Of a DNA stretch of 64,000 bases, positions 1 through 13,830 are shown in pieces. The position numbers and the translations under genes are program-made. Source of the DNA: Heterodontus francisci (Eukaryota); the NCBI RefSeq assembly GCF_036365525.1, contig NC_090385.1, positions 59,952,611-60,016,610 on the forward strand, read 5' to 3'. The notes below the pieces were generated by a model, which worked only from the letters and a program-made list of their open reading frames with translations, made no database searches and had not been told where the DNA came from. Numbering within the stretch: position 1 is the first letter of the stretch; each line of letters opens with the position of its first letter.

Positions 1-1768
1 TGAAATACTCCAGCCCAGGCAACATCCTGGTGACTCTCCTCTGCACCCTCTCCAGTGCAGTCACATCCTTCCTATAGTGTGGCGACCAGAACTGTACACA
101 GTACTCCAGCTGTGGCCTAACAAGTGTTTTATACAGCTCAATCATAACCTCCCTGCTCTTATACTCTATGCCTTGGCTAATAAAGGCAAGTATCCCATAT
201 GCCTTCCTAACCACCTTATCTACCTGTGCTGCTGCTTTCGGTGATCTATGGACAAGTACACCAAGGTCCCTCTGTACTTCCTAGGATCCTACCACCCATT
301 GTATATTCCCTTGCCCTGTTAGTCCTCCCAAATTGCATCACCTCACGCTTCTCAGGATTAAATTCCATTTGCCACTGCTCTACCCATCTTACCAGCCCAT
401 CTATATCGTCCTCTAACCCAAGGCTTTCCTCCTCAATATTTACGACACCACCAATTTTCGTGTCATCTGCAGACTTACTGATCATACCTCCTATATTCAC
501 GTCTAAATCATTAATGTACACTACAAACAGGAAGGATCCCAGCACCAATCCTGATGGTACACCACTGGTAACAGGCTTCCAATTGCAAAAACAACCATCG
601 ACCATCACCCTCTGCCTCCTGCCACTGTCAATTTTGGATCCAGTTTGCCAAATTGCCCTAGATCCCATGGGCTCTTACCACCTTAACCAATCTCCCATGC
701 GGGACCTTATCAAAAGCCTTACTGAAGTCCATGTAGACTACATCAACTGCTTTACCTTCATCTGCACATCTAGTCACCACCTCGAAAAATTCAATCAAAT
801 TTGTTAGACATGATCTCCCCCTGACAAAGCCATGCTGACTATCCTTGACTAATCCCTGCGTCTCCAAGTGGAGATTAATCCTGTCCCTCAGAATATTTTA
901 GAATAGTTTTCCTGCCACTGATGTTGGACTCACCAGCCTGTAATTACCTGGTTTATCCCTGCTACCCTTCTTGAATAATGGTACCACATTCACTGTCCTC
1001 CAGTCCTCTGGCACCTCTCCTGCGGACAGGGAGGATTTGAAAATTTGTGTCAGAGCCCCTGCTATCTCCTCCCTTGCCTCACATAACAGCCTAGGATACA
1101 CCTCATCTGGGCCTGGGAATTTATCTACTTTTAAGCCCACTAAAACCACTAATACCTCCTCCCTTTCAATGTTAATTTGTTCGAATATATCACAATCTCC
1201 CTCCCTGATCTCTACACCTACATCATCCTTCCCCATAGTGAATACAGATGAAAAGTAATCATTTAAAACCTCACCCATGTCCTCCGGCTCCATACACAGA
1301 TTGCCACTGTGGTCCTTAATGGGCCCTACTCTTTCCCTGGTTATCCTCTTGCCCGCCAGTGCTTTTTGATGCCCCCTCTTCATTCTCCTAATTACTTTTT
1401 TTAAGTACCCCCCTACACTTTCTATACTCCTGTAGGGCTTCTGCTGTTTTTAGCCCCCTGAATCGTTATAAGCCTCCTTTTTTTTCCTTATCCAATCCTC
1501 TATATCCCTTGAGATCCAGGGTTCCCCGGACTTGTTGGTCCTACCTTTTATCTTTACAGGAGCATGTTGGCCCTGAACTCTCACTCATTCCTTTTTGAAT
1601 GACTCCCACTGGTCTGATGTAGACTTTCCTAGAAGTAGCTGTTCCCAGCCACTTTGGCCAGATTTTGTTTTATCATATTGAATCTGCCTTCCCCCAATTC
1701 AGTACCTTTATTTCTGGTCCGTCTTTGTCCTTTTCCATAACTACCTTAAATCTTACAGAGTTAGGTCA
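1..1768 (-). mobile_element. CR1 LINE ORF2 (reverse transcriptase) fragment, frameshifted, runs off window start
   Basis: Minus ORFs 898..1383, 658..867 and 246..668 give consecutive CR1 RT motifs ([61 protein letters not shown]). Same subfamily as 7995-11072. Confidence 0.95.
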
Positions 1769-1899
1769 TGGTTGATCTGACCGGTTCTATATCTTACCTA
1801 ACAAAAATCATCTCTTTGAGTTTAGAAATTTTCAATTGATCTTGCCTCAACAGCTTTGTGGGAGAAAGAGTTCCTGATTTCCACGATCTTCTTGAGGAA

Positions 1900-2575
1900 C
1901 AAAGAACAGTACAGCACAGGAACAGGCCATTCGGCCCTCCAAGCCTGCGCCGATCTTGATGCCTGCCTAAACTAAAACCTTCTGCACTTCCGGGGACCGT
2001 ATCCCTCTATTCCCATCCTATTCATGTATTTGTCAAGATGCCTCTTAAACGTCTCTATCGTACCTGCTTCCACCACCTCCCCCGGCAGCAAGTTCCAGGC
2101 ATTCACCACCCTCTGTGTAAAGAACTTGCCTCACACATCCCCTCTAAACTTTGCCCCTCTCACCTTAAACCTATGTCCCCTAGTAACTGACTCTTCCACC
2201 CTGGGAAAAAGCTTCTGACTATCCACTCTGTCCATGTCGCTCATAACTTTGTAAACCTCTATCATGTCGCCCCTCCACCTCCGTCGTTCCAGTGAAAACA
2301 GTCCGAGTTTATCCAACCTCTCCTCATAGCTAATGCCCTCCAGACCAGGCAATATCCTGGTAAACCTCTTCTGTACCCTCTCCAAAGCCTCCACGTCCTT
2401 CTGGTAGTGTGGCGACCAGAATTGCACGCAATATTCTAAGTGTGGCCTAACTAAAGTTCTGTACAGCTGCAGCATGACTTGCCAATTTATGTACTCTGTG
2501 CCCCGACCGATGAAGGCAAGCATGCCGTATGCTTTCTTGACTACCTTATCCACCTGCATTGCCACTTTCAGTGAC
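1900..2575 (-). mobile_element. Young 5'-truncated CR1 3' end with AGGAA target-site duplication
   Basis: ORF 2131..2682 contains LVRPHLEYCVQFWSPHYQKDVEALERVQKRFTR. (TTCTTTG)-type tail at the left end. AGGAA at 1895-1899 and 2576-2580. Confidence 0.9.
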
Positions 2576-2600
2576 AGGAAGTGCTTCCTGACATTACCCC

Positions 2601-3486
2601 TGTTATGATCCCTGTGGAGACCACCAACAAACCAAAAGAATCGAATCCATTGACTGACCCCAGTGTATGAAACATAAACCAAATAGATCAGATTTCACTT
2701 TTATAAATTTTACTTTAACACTCAAACCAAAATCAACATATTATACATGAACTAACATATCACGGCCAATTTATATCTTAAGGGTACATGTTAATTAGCA
2801 GATGTAACAAAGGTAATCCTTACTAATCCTCTGAAGAGGCTTATCCGCAAGAAGGTGCCGAGCAGTTTCATAGTACAACAAAATCAGGAATTTCTTAGCC
2901 TGTTTTCCAAGTCCTGTTCTCCAGGATGTAGATACGGAAGTAATGAGGTTCATCGATCGCGAGCGATGTAATCTGCCCTTTAAGGGTTCGGTCTTGTCAT
3001 CTCTCGAACACCCTCGGCCTCATACATCACTGTCCTGATGGCATGGTCTGCTGATAACTTATTAAGTCACTTATGACAGCTACTGTAAATCATTCACCAA
3101 TGATCAACCCTCAGTCCAGGCTTCTCTGCCTGCAGTCAAAACAATTATTTCAGCCTGCTGCTTTGTACTCTTGTTTCAATTCCAAGCAGCTTCTCTGGAA
3201 GCACAGAAATCTGCACCTCTCAGTTTCCCTCTTCGAACAACAACTCCTAGCTTTGCAGCTGGCTTCAACACACTACAGAGTTATCTTGTAAAACTGGAAC
3301 CTAAGTTCCAATCACATTTCTCTGGTTAAAAAAAACTTTGATTGTTTAACCTGCTTCTGACCTCCCAGAAACTTCGTTTTGTTTTCAAATCAGGGTTTGT
3401 CTCAAAAAAACACGCTGTTTATCCAAAGTCATAGCAGCCCAGGTCAGCTACACAGAATGCAGTCTGCACATGAGGACTCCATCACA
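2601..3486. mobile_element. Solo LTR (886 bp, TG...CA, 4-bp TSD CCCC)
   Basis: Starts TGTTATGA and ends CCATCACA (imperfect terminal inverted repeat). CCCC at 2597-2600 and 3487-3490. Removing it restores the host CR1. Confidence 0.8.
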
Positions 3487-4080
3487 CCCCTGGACAGCGC
3501 CTCTCTAATTTTAAGGTTAATGCTCCCTTCTTCTGGACTCACCCAGTAGAGGAAATAGTTTATCTTTGTCTACCCATCAAATCCTTTAATTAACTTGACT
3601 TCAATTAGATCACCTCATACTTCTATACTCAAGGGAATACAAACCTGGTCTATGCAACCTGTCCTCATAATTTAACTCGTTTAGCCTGGGTATCATCCTC
3701 GTGAATGTATGCTGCGACCCCCCCCCACCTACAAACCAAGGTCACTGTATCTTTCCTGCTGTTCTGTGCCGAGAGCTAAACACAGTACTCCAGTTGCAAT
3801 CTAACCAAAGCATTATACAATGGTAGTCTAACATGCACTACTTTGTATTCCAGCCCCTTGAGATAAAGGCTAAGATTCCATTAGTGTTTTAAATTATTTT
3901 TTATACTTGCCTACTAGCTTTTAGTGATAATTCTACAGGGACCCCTAAATCTCTCAGCTCCACCACAGTTCCTAGCCTTTTACCATTTAGAAAATACTCT
4001 GATCTATCTTTCTTAGATCGAAAGTGGATGACTTCACACTTTACCACATTGAAATCCATCTGCCACAGTTTTGCCTGCTC

Positions 4081-4130
4081 ACTTAATCTATCAATGTCCC
4101 TTTACACTTAATCTATCAATGTCCCTTTAC
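4081..4130. repeat. Perfect 25-bp tandem duplication
   Basis: acttaatctatcaatgtccctttac occurs twice, at 4081-4105 and 4106-4130. Confidence 0.95.
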
Positions 4131-4145
4131 AGCTTTTTGCTGTTA

Positions 4146-5000
4146 TCATAGAATGGTTACAACAGAGAGAAGGCCATTCGGCCTGTTGAGTCCATGCCTG
4201 CTCTCTGCAAAAGCAATGTATTTAGTCGCCCTCCTCTGCCCTTTCCCTGTAGCACTGCAGTTTTTTTTTTCTTGACATGCTTATATAATTCCCTTTTGAA
4301 AGCCAGAATTGAATCTACCTACATCACACTCTCAGGCAGTGCATTCCAGATCCTAACCGCTGGTTGAGTAAAAAAAGTTTGTTCTCATGTCGCCTTTGGT
4401 TCTTTTGCTAGTCACCTTAAATCTGTATCCTCTGGTTCTCGACCCTTCTGTCAATGAGAACAGTTTCTCTCTACTCTCTCTAGGGCCCTCATAATTTTGA
4501 ACACTTCTATCAAATATCCTCCCAACCTTCTCTTCTAAGATGAACAACCCCAGCTTCTCCATTCTATCCACATAACTGAAGTTCCTTGTCCCTGGAACCA
4601 TTGTTGTAAATCTTTTATGCACCCTTTCTCAAGCCCTCACCTTCCTAAAGTGCGTTGTCACAATACTCAAGTTGCGATCGAACCAATGTTTTATAAAGGT
4701 TGATCATGACTTCTTTGTTTTTGCATTATACACTGGTATCCCAAGTGTGACCTCATCACCAGCAAATATCAGCTCTGAAGGAACAGGAGAATTCCTTTAA
4801 GCCCCTTGGGCCTGCTCCAGCATTCAATTAGATCAGAGCTGATCTGCACCTCAAACCCACTTGCCCACCTTCTCTCCTATCCCTTGATACACTCAGCTAA
4901 CAACAATCTATCTCAGTCTTGAAAGCACCAATTGTCCTTATAAACACACCTTTTTAGGGGAGAGAGTTCCACGTTTCTACTGCCCTTTGTGTGGAAAAAA
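4146..5000 (-). mobile_element. Two degraded CR1 3'-end fragments (about 4146-4725 and 4780-5000)
   Basis: ORF 4353..4622 (KRFTTMVPG..SYVDRMEKLGLF..GSRTRGYRFKV) and typical atcatagaatggttaca...ggccattcggcc tail. Confidence 0.8.
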
Positions 5001-7994
5001 TGAGTTGTTTTTACCAGAAAGATTTGTCCTGTCAGCACAACAAATCTAAAAAGATTTGCAACTTAAGAAAAAAATAGACTATTAGGAAATGGCTGCTATA
5101 CCTTCTGTGCAATAATTTAATTCCTCCTAAGCAGTAGAGCTATAAATTACAACTATTATCCTGAGCTGTTCCTGAAGCTGCTTTCACGTTGATTAAAATT
5201 GTTGATTTACATCCACTTGCATTACTTTTGGTATTGTAACAGTATTTTTAAAAATGAGAATGAAAAATATTTATTAGCCTGACACACAGATGAAAGAGGC
5301 AAAAGCAAGTATGGAATCAGTGGGTTTCTAATTGATGCTAACTAAAACACAACAAATGGCCAATAAAAATGAATTACATATTCAGTTTCAGTTTACTATT
5401 TAGTTCTTATTTCTACTTAAGCAATCACCAGTATAATGCGATAAATACCCTTATTGGACCAAGATAACCGAGTCTTTCCATTTGAGAGTCTATGGCAAGA
5501 AAAGAAGCTGGCAGTAAATAAATGACCAAGTACAGAGGTACAAGGTTGAAGGGGTGGAAAAATTGAGTTTTATTAAAGGGAAATCTCTGATTCAACTCAT
5601 CTTGCTTTCCCTGCAATGAGGTTTTCCCAGTTTGCCCCTAAGTGGATCAAGCATAATCTGTTGAACAGTGTGTTCTATCTCAAGTAATAGGTTGAAGGCA
5701 GTCATCTGGCTGATGAAAAGAATCATGCTGCACGCTTTCAGGTTGATGGTGAAATTATTGCGAAGAAAGTTCCAAGAGAAAACACTAATGTTTAGATGAT
5801 AACCTGAATCTACTCTAACAACTCTCGATCTCCACTCCCAATGTAATCATCCTCTCTCCTGAAAGCGATGAGTCCTGTTGGATGGGGTGCAGTCCTTGGG
5901 CACCGGTAATCTCTGGTACATCACTGAAGTGACCAGGAGCTGTGAGTTCTGGTGGGCATTTTGATTGTTGACATTGGAATCATAGAATGGTTACAGCACA
6001 AAAGGAGGCCATTTGACCCATCATGTCTGTGCCAGCTCTCTGCAAGAACAACTCATCTAGTCCCACTCCCCTGCTTTTTCCCCACAGCCTTGCAAATTTT
6101 TCTCTTAAGATACTAATTCAGTTCTCTTTTGAAGGCCTTGATTCAGTTTGCCTCTACTATACTCGAGCAGTACATTCCAAATCCTAACTACTTACTCCAT
6201 TTAAAAAAAAGTTTTTCCTCATGTCATTGTTGCTCCTTTTGCCAGTTGCCATAAATCAATGTCCTCTGGTTCTGTATCCTTCAGCCAATGAGGACAGTTG
6301 TTCCCTATCTGTTCTGTCCAGACCCCTCATGATTTTGATCACTATCAAATCTCCTCTCTACCTTCTCTTAAAGGAGAACAGCCCCAGCTTCTCCATTCTA
6401 TCCACATAACTGAAATTCTTCATCCCTGGAACCATTCTCATGAATCCTTTCTGCACCCTCTCTCAAGCCTTCATATCCTTTCTAAAGTGTGGTGCCCAGA
6501 ACTGGACACAACACTCCAGTTGAGGCTGCACCAGTGTTTTTTACAGGTTTATCATAACTTCCTTGTTTTTGTACTCTACGCCTCAGTTTATAAAGCCCCA
6601 GGATCCCATATGCTTTATTCACTACTTTGACAACCTGCGCCACTACCTTCAATGATTTGTACACATATACCCCCAGGTCCCTGCACCCCTTTCAGAATTG
6701 TATCCTTTAATTTATATTATTGTCTATTCTCGTTTTTCCTACCAAAATGAAGCACTTCACACTTTTCTGCATTATTTTTCATCTGCCACTTGTCTGCCCA
6801 TTCCACCAGCCTGTCTGTGGCCTCTTGAAGTCTATCACTACCCTCCTCACAGTCCACAATACTTCCAAGTTTTGGGTCATTCGCAAATTTTGAAATTTTG
6901 CCCTGTGCACCCAGGTCTAGGTCATTAATATATATCAAGAAAAACAACGGTCCCAACAGCGATCCCTGGGGAACCCCACTATATGCGTTCCTTTAGTCGC
7001 AAAAACAACCATTCACAGCTAGTCTCTTTCCTGTCACTCAGACAGTTTCGGATCCATGCTGCTACTGTCCCATTTATTCCATGGGCTTTAACTATGCTGA
7101 TAAGCCTGTTACGTGGCACTTCAAATTTTTGGAAATCCATGTACACCACATCAACCGCATTATCCTCATCAATCCTCAGTTACCTCATCAAAAAACTCAA
7201 GCACGTTAGTTAAACATGATTTGCCCTTAATAAATCTGCGCTGGCTTTCCTTAATTAATGCACATTTGTCCAAGTTTAATTAATTTTGTCCTGAATTATT
7301 GTTTAAGAAAGTTTTCTCACCACTAAGGTTAAAATTACTGGCCTGTAGTTGCTAGGCTTGTCCTTGCACCTTTTTTTGATAAGGAAGTAATATTTGCAAT
7401 TCTTCTGCCCTCTGACACCTGTATCTGAGAAGAATGGCAAGATTATGGCCAGTGCCTCTGCAATTTCCACCCTAAGTATTCTTGTATGCATCTCTTCTGG
7501 TCCGGGTGACTTATCAAATTTTAAGTACAGCCAGCCTATCTGATACCACCTCGTTATCAATTTTTTACCCATCCAGTGTCTCAACTACCTCCTGTTTCAC
7601 CATGACTTGGGCAGTCTCTTCTTCCTTGGTAAAGACAGATGCAAAGTACTCATTTAATACCTCAGCCTCCATGCCTAAGTCCCCTTTTGGGTCCCTAATC
7701 AGCCCCACTCCTACTTTTACCACACTTTTACTATTTGTATGCCTGTAGATTCCCTTTTATGTTACCCGCGAGTCTCGGCTCTTATACTTTCTCTTTGATC
7801 CTCTTGTTTTTTTTTTACTTCCCCTCTGAATCTGTATTCAGCCTGTTTCTCAATTGTATTATCCACCTGACATCTGTCATATGCACCCTTTTTTCTGCTG
7901 CATCTTACTCTCCATCTCTTATGGCATCCAGGGAGCTCTGAATCTGTTTGCCCCACCTTTTCCCCTCTCGGGAATGTACCTTGACTATACCTGA

Positions 7995-10900
7995 GGTGTC
8001 TCTGAGTCATTGAGTCATAGCGCTTTACAGCACAGAAACAGGCTGTTCGGCCCAACGCGCCTGCGCCAACCATCAAGCACCCATCCTAAGTAATCCCATT
8101 TCCCTGCACTTGGCCCTTAGCCTTGTATGTTATGGCGTTTTAAGTGCTCATCTAAATACTTGAATGTCGTGAGTGTTCCTGCCTCTACCACCCCTTCAGG
8201 CTGTGTGTTCCAGATTTCAATCACCCTCTGGGTGAAAAAATCCGTCCTCAACTCCTCTCTAAACCTCCTGCCCCTATCTTAAATCTATGCCCCCTAGTTA
8301 TTGACCTCTCTGCTAAGGGAAAAAGTTTCTTCCTAGTTATCCTATCAGTGCACCTCATAATTTTGTATCTCTCAATCAGGTCCCCCCTCAGCCTTCTCTC
8401 CTCCAAGGAAAATAACCCCAGCCTATCCAGTCTGTCTTCATAACTGAAATGCTCCAGCCCAGGCAACATCCTGGTGAATCTCCTCTGCACCCTCTCCAGT
8501 GCAATCACATCCTTCCTATAGTGTGGTGACCAGAACTGTACACAGTACTCCAGCTGTGACCTAACCAGTGTTTTATACAGCTCCATCTTAACTTCCCTGC
8601 TCTTAGATTCTGTGCTTCGGCTAATAAAGGCAAGTATCCCATATGCCTTCCTAACCACCTTATCTATTGTGCTGCTGCCTTCAGTGATCTATGGACAAGC
8701 ACCCCAAGGTCCCTCTGACCCTCTGTACTCCCTAGGGTGCTACCATTCATTGTATATTCCATTTGCCACTTCTCTGCCCATCTTATCAGCCCATCTATAT
8801 CGCCCTGTAGTCTGAGGCTTTCCTCCTCACTATTTACGACACCACTAATTTTCGTGTCGTCTGCAAACTTACTGATCGTACCTGCTATATTCACGTCTAA
8901 ATCATTAATGTACACTACAAACAGTAAGGGTTCCAGCACCGATCCCTGCGGTACCCCACTGGTCACAGTCCTCCATTCACAAAAAACAACCCTTTACCAT
9001 CACCCTCTGCCTCCTTCCACTGAGCTAATTTTGAATCCAGTTTGCCAAATTACCCTGGATCCCATGGGCTTTTACTTTCTTAACCAATCTCCCATGCGGG
9101 ACCTTATCAAAAGCCTCACTGAAGTCCATGTAGACTACATCAACTGCTTTACCCTCATCTACAGCTCTAGTCATCTCCTTGAAAAATTCAATCAAATTTG
9201 TTAGACATCATCTCCCCCTGCATGCTATCCCTGATTAATCTCTGCCTCTCCAAGTGGAGATTAATCCTGTCCCTCAGAAATTTTTGCAATAATTTCCCTA
9301 CCACTGATGTTAGACACACCGGCCTGTAATTACCTGGTTTATCTCTGCCACCCTTCTTGAATAATGATACCACATTCGCTGTCCTCCAATCCTCTGGTAC
9401 CTCTTCTGTGGCCAGAGAGGATCTAAAAACTTGTGTCAGAGCCCCCGCTATCTCCTCCCTTGCCTCACCTAGCAGCCTGGGATACATCTCATCTGGGCCT
9501 GGGGATTTGTCCACCTTTAAGCCTGCTAATACAGCTAATACTTCCTCCTTTACAATGCTAATTTGATCAAGTATATCACAATCCCCTTCCCTGATCACTA
9601 CACCTACATCATTCCTCTCCATAGTGAACACAGATGAAAAGTAATCGTTCAAAACCTCACCTATGTCCTCCGGCTCCACACACAGATTGCCTCTTTAATC
9701 CCAAATGGGTCTCACATTTTCCCTGGTTATCCTTTTGCCCCTAACATACTTAGAAAACACCTTGGGATTTTCCTTTATCTTGTCTGCCAGTGATTTTTCA
9801 TGCCCCCTCTTTGCTCTCCTAATTACTTTTTTAAGTACTCCCCTACACTTTCGATACTCTTCCAGGGCCTCTGCAGTTTTCAGCACTCTGAATCTGCCAT
9901 CCACCTCCTTTTTTTCCCTTATCCAATCCTCTATATCCCTTGACATCCAGGGTTTCCTTGACCTGTTGGTCCTACTCTTCACTTTTACAGGAACATGCTG
10001 CACCTGAGCCCTCAATTTCCCTTCTAAATGACTGCCACTGGTCTGATATGGACTTTCCTCTTAGAAGCTGCTCCCAGTTCACTTTGGCCAGATCCTGTTT
10101 TATCATATTGAAATCTGCCTTCCCCCAATTCAGTTCTCTTATTTCCAGTCCCTCTATGTCCTTTTCCATAACAACCTTAAATCTTAGAGTTATGGTCACT
10201 GTCCCCGAAATACTCCCCCACTGCCACTTCTACCACTTGTCCGGCTTCATTCCCTAGGATTAAGTCCAGTACCGCCCCTCCTCTTGTAGGACTCTCTACG
10301 TGCTGGCTCAAAAAGCTCTCCTGAATGCACCTGAAGAATTTCTCCCCTGCTATTGCGCCCCTATTATTATTGCACCTCTCTGAGATTTGCCTACATATCT
10401 GCTCCTCTACCACTGCCTGACTGTTTGGAGGCCTGTAGTACACTCCCAGCCAAGTAATAGCCCCCTTTTTGTTTTTAAGTTCTACCCATATGGCCTCATT
10501 AGAGGAACCTTCTAAGATATCATCCCTCTTTACTGCAGTAATTGTCTCTTTAATCAACAGTGCACTGCCACCTCCTGCTTTACCCCCTCCCCTATCACAT
10601 CTGAAGATTCTATACCCTGGGATATTAAGCTGCTCGTCCTGTCCTTCCCTAAATCATGTCTCAGTGATGGCAATAATATCATACTCCCATGTGCTAATCA
10701 ATGCCCTCAATTCATCTGCCTTACTAGTAAGACTCCTTGCATTAAAATAGATACAATCCAGCCTTGCATTATTTGCCTGAGCCTTAACAGGTCTACATTT
10801 GCTCTGTCCTCCGGACTGACTTAGCTTCACATTTATATTTGATTGTACATCACCCCCTACTGTGCTTCCACTCTGTATCCCATCCCGCTGCCAAATTAGT

Positions 10901-11072
10901 TTAAACGACCCCCCCCCCCTCCCTCCCCACAGCATTAACAAACCTCCCAGCAAGGATGCTGGTCCCATTCTGGTTCAGGTGCAACCCGTCCATCTTATAC
11001 AGATCCCACCTTTGCCAGAAACAGGCCCAGTGATCCAAGAATCTAAAGCCTTCCCTCCTGCATCATCTCCCC
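7995..11072 (-). mobile_element. Nested CR1 (ORF1 3' end plus ORF2 with EN and RT, frameshifted)
   Basis: ORFs 10654..10968 (CIYFNARSL..IIAITET), 10177..10557 (GVYYRPPN), 9188..9679, 8664..8966 ([15 protein letters not shown]) and 8248..8658. Repeated tgagtcat tail at about 8003-8020. Confidence 0.95.
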
Positions 11073-11352
11073 AACCATCTCCTCTTTTAAAAGCAGCTCA
11101 TTGTTCAGTTACAGTTTCGCCTTTCAATCTTTTCATTCTGATTTACTTGGGTCAGATCTGTTCTCACTCCATTGAAGTTGGCCCTCCCCCAATTAATTAT
11201 CTTTACTCTGGATTGCTCCTTGTCCTTTTCCATTGCAAACCTAAACCCTATGACACTATGATCACTATCCCCTATTGTTACTTGATCCACTTGACACACC
11301 TCATTCCCCAGAACCAGATCCAGCAATGCCTCCTTTCTCATTAGACTGGATG

Positions 11353-12276
11353 TGTTACGACCGAGGTGGGAGGAGTGTACTGTCTTTTTCTCTAGTTCCA
11401 CTTCTGCACAGGTCACAACATATTTAAATGTTTACCCAGTTACCGATACAGCCAATTATATACTCATTTTTTTAAATCCCAGAATAAAATACACGAACCA
11501 GGTTTCTTTAATAAACAAAATTGTCAGTTTATGATAAAACAAGACTTATCCAGTAAAGATGCAAAGCATTAACACGGTTTGAAATATGAATGTAAATAGA
11601 TATTCTCTTTTGGATACCCAACATACACACACATACCCCAGTTAGATTAAATAAAAGTTTTCTCTGCAGAGATTTACTTCACAAAAAGACAAAAAAAAAA
11701 TACTTTGGCCAAATACTTGTTAATTCTTGAAGGAAACAGAGAAAATATGAAAGGAAATCAGTTGTCCTTTGGTCTGGCATCCAGGTACACAGAGACAGGT
11801 CACTGGGATCTTTTCAGAAACAGTTCGTTCTGGAGATGTTGAGAATTAGTCTGGTCGGCTTTCCAGGAGAAATGCGGCATCAGGGGTTTCAACTATCACT
11901 GGATTCACAGGGTTCTTTAGAGAGGTGGAGAAAAGATGAAGAGGTCTTCTCATTTAGCAGGCTGACCTCCAATTGCCTTCAAAACAGTCCACACCTCAAC
12001 AGCAAATCAAAACCTCTTGACCACCATAAATCTTGACATGTCACTTCTCTGTACACAACTCCCCTGGCCACCAAGGTTCCTGTTGTTTATTTAGCTGAAG
12101 GCATATGACATCCAGTAAAGGTTGTTCTTAAACACAAAGTTCAAGTGTCTTCCCAGTCACCCTTATATAAAGAAAAACACATCCATGGAATCTTTTCAGT
12201 TTTCCAAATGAACCAATGACCATAATCATTAACACAAGTCCTCAAAACATTTTAAGAACAGAGCACCTTCATAACA
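11353..12276. mobile_element. Solo-LTR-like element (TGTTACGA...TCATAACA)
   Basis: Terminal inverted repeat TGTTACGA/TCATAACA, imperfect 4-bp flanks GATG/AATG, non-coding, interrupts a CR1. Confidence 0.7.
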
Positions 12277-13674
12277 AATGGTACATCTAATGTTTCTTTG
12301 CTCTAACCGTTTAGATTCTGTCCTTGAACCCTCTAGGACATCCTCTCGCTCCAGCATTGTAATGTTCTCCTTAATCAATAGTGCCATCCCTCCTCCTTTC
12401 TTTCCTTCCCTATCTTTCTTGAGTGCCTTGTATCCAGGAATGTTTTGTATCCAATCCTGCCCTTTTTTGAGCTAGGTCTCAGTTATTGCTGCGACATCAT
12501 ATTTCCACATGGCTAGCTGTGCTAGCAGCTCACCAATCTTAGTTATCACACTCCACGCATTCATGTACATACACAGTAGACCTAATTTAGACCTTATTAC
12601 ATTCCCTCTTACACTGTCCCCACCTAATGCCTTACTATTTCCTACTCTAGTGCTATCTGTCTCTCCCAATTCTTTGTGCAACTTGGTTTTAGTCTCTAAA
12701 GTTATCCTGGGTGCCCACACCTCCGCCAAGTTAGTTTAAACCCTCCCCAGTAGCACGAGCAAATTCACCCCTCAAGGATATCGTTCCCAGCTCTATTCAG
12801 ATGCAACCCGTCCAGCCTATACATGTCCCATCTCCCCCAGAACAGATCCCAATGTCCCAGGAATCTAAAGCCCTCCCTCCTGCACCATCTCTCCAGCCAC
12901 TCTTTCATCTGCTCTGTCCTCCTATTTCGATACTCACTTGCGTGTGGTACTGAGAGTTACTACCTTTGAAGTCCTGCTTGCTAGTTTCTTTCCTACCTCA
13001 CCAAATTCTGCCTGCAGGGCCTTATCTCTCTTTCTACCTGTTATTAGTACCAATATGGGTCATGACTGCTGGCTGCTCACCTTTCCCGCTCAGAGTGCTC
13101 TGCTGCTACTCAGTGCCATACTGGATTCACGTCAGTGGCTGCAGAAATGCCTGCCTGTTGCCTTAACTATAGAATTACCTATCACTATTACTTTTCCAAT
13201 CTTCCTCCTGCACATCTGACCCTACCATGGTGTAGACTCTGGCTGCACACCCAGAGGAGCCATCACTCTCGCCAGTATTCAGAACGGAATGCTGGTTAGT
13301 GAGTGAGATGCACTCGGGACTCCTGCACTAACTGTCTGGTCCTTTTTGACTGCCTGGCAGTTACCCATTTCCTTTCTGCCAGCATACTCTTAAGCTGCAG
13401 GGTGACCACATCTATTAACATGCTATCCACAAAACTCTCAGCCACATGGATGGATCGCAGTGACGCCAATTGCTGCTCAAGCTCCGAAACCCAGAGCTCG
13501 CGGTGCTCCAGCTGACGACACTTCCTGCACATCTAGTTGTCCAGGACACGAGCAGCAACCTGGAGTTCTCACATGGAGCAGGATGTACACGCCACCATTT
13601 TGTGCTGCCCTGCCATGCCTCTATTTATGGACTATTAAACATACTACTAAAAACAAAAGGACTCACCAGCTGTT

Positions 13675-13830
13675 CCCGGCCTGCTTCACACTCCTTCCGG
13701 CTTGCGTAATAGTGATCCCAGCCTATTTCCCGCTGCTCCCGGCCTGCCTAATAGTGATCCCGGCCTGTTGCACGCTGCTCCCAGCCAGTATAATAGTGAT
13801 CCTGGTCTGCTTCACACTGCTTCGATCCCA
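13675..13830. repeat. About 42-bp degenerate tandem repeat (3-4 units) in the 5' UTR of the old CR1
   Basis: Unit approximately tcccggcctgcttcacactccttccggcttgcgtaatagtga. Seen as a 14-aa periodicity in ORF 13460..13852. Confidence 0.85.

Larger units (their letters stand above)
1769..4140 (-). mobile_element. Old CR1 3' region interrupted by a younger CR1 (1900-2575) and a solo LTR (2601-3486)
   Basis: Degenerate CR1 3' sequence is collinear across both inserts (ccacgatcttcttgAGGAA|gtgcttcctgacattaCCCC|tggacagc). Confidence 0.75.

Noticed and set aside
226-807. 193-aa + strand ORF and similar ORFs (8737..9204, 52142..52579, 34443..34961, 45846..46418)
   Set aside because: Antisense shadows of LINE RT coding sequence, not genes.
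5000-5970. Possible upstream ENOX2 exon in the unique stretch
   Set aside because: No AG...GT-bounded frame ending in the expected EALL(V/I)G motif.
13675-13830. CRISPR-like periodic array
   Set aside because: Vertebrate DNA, contiguous tandem units with no unique spacers and no cas genes.
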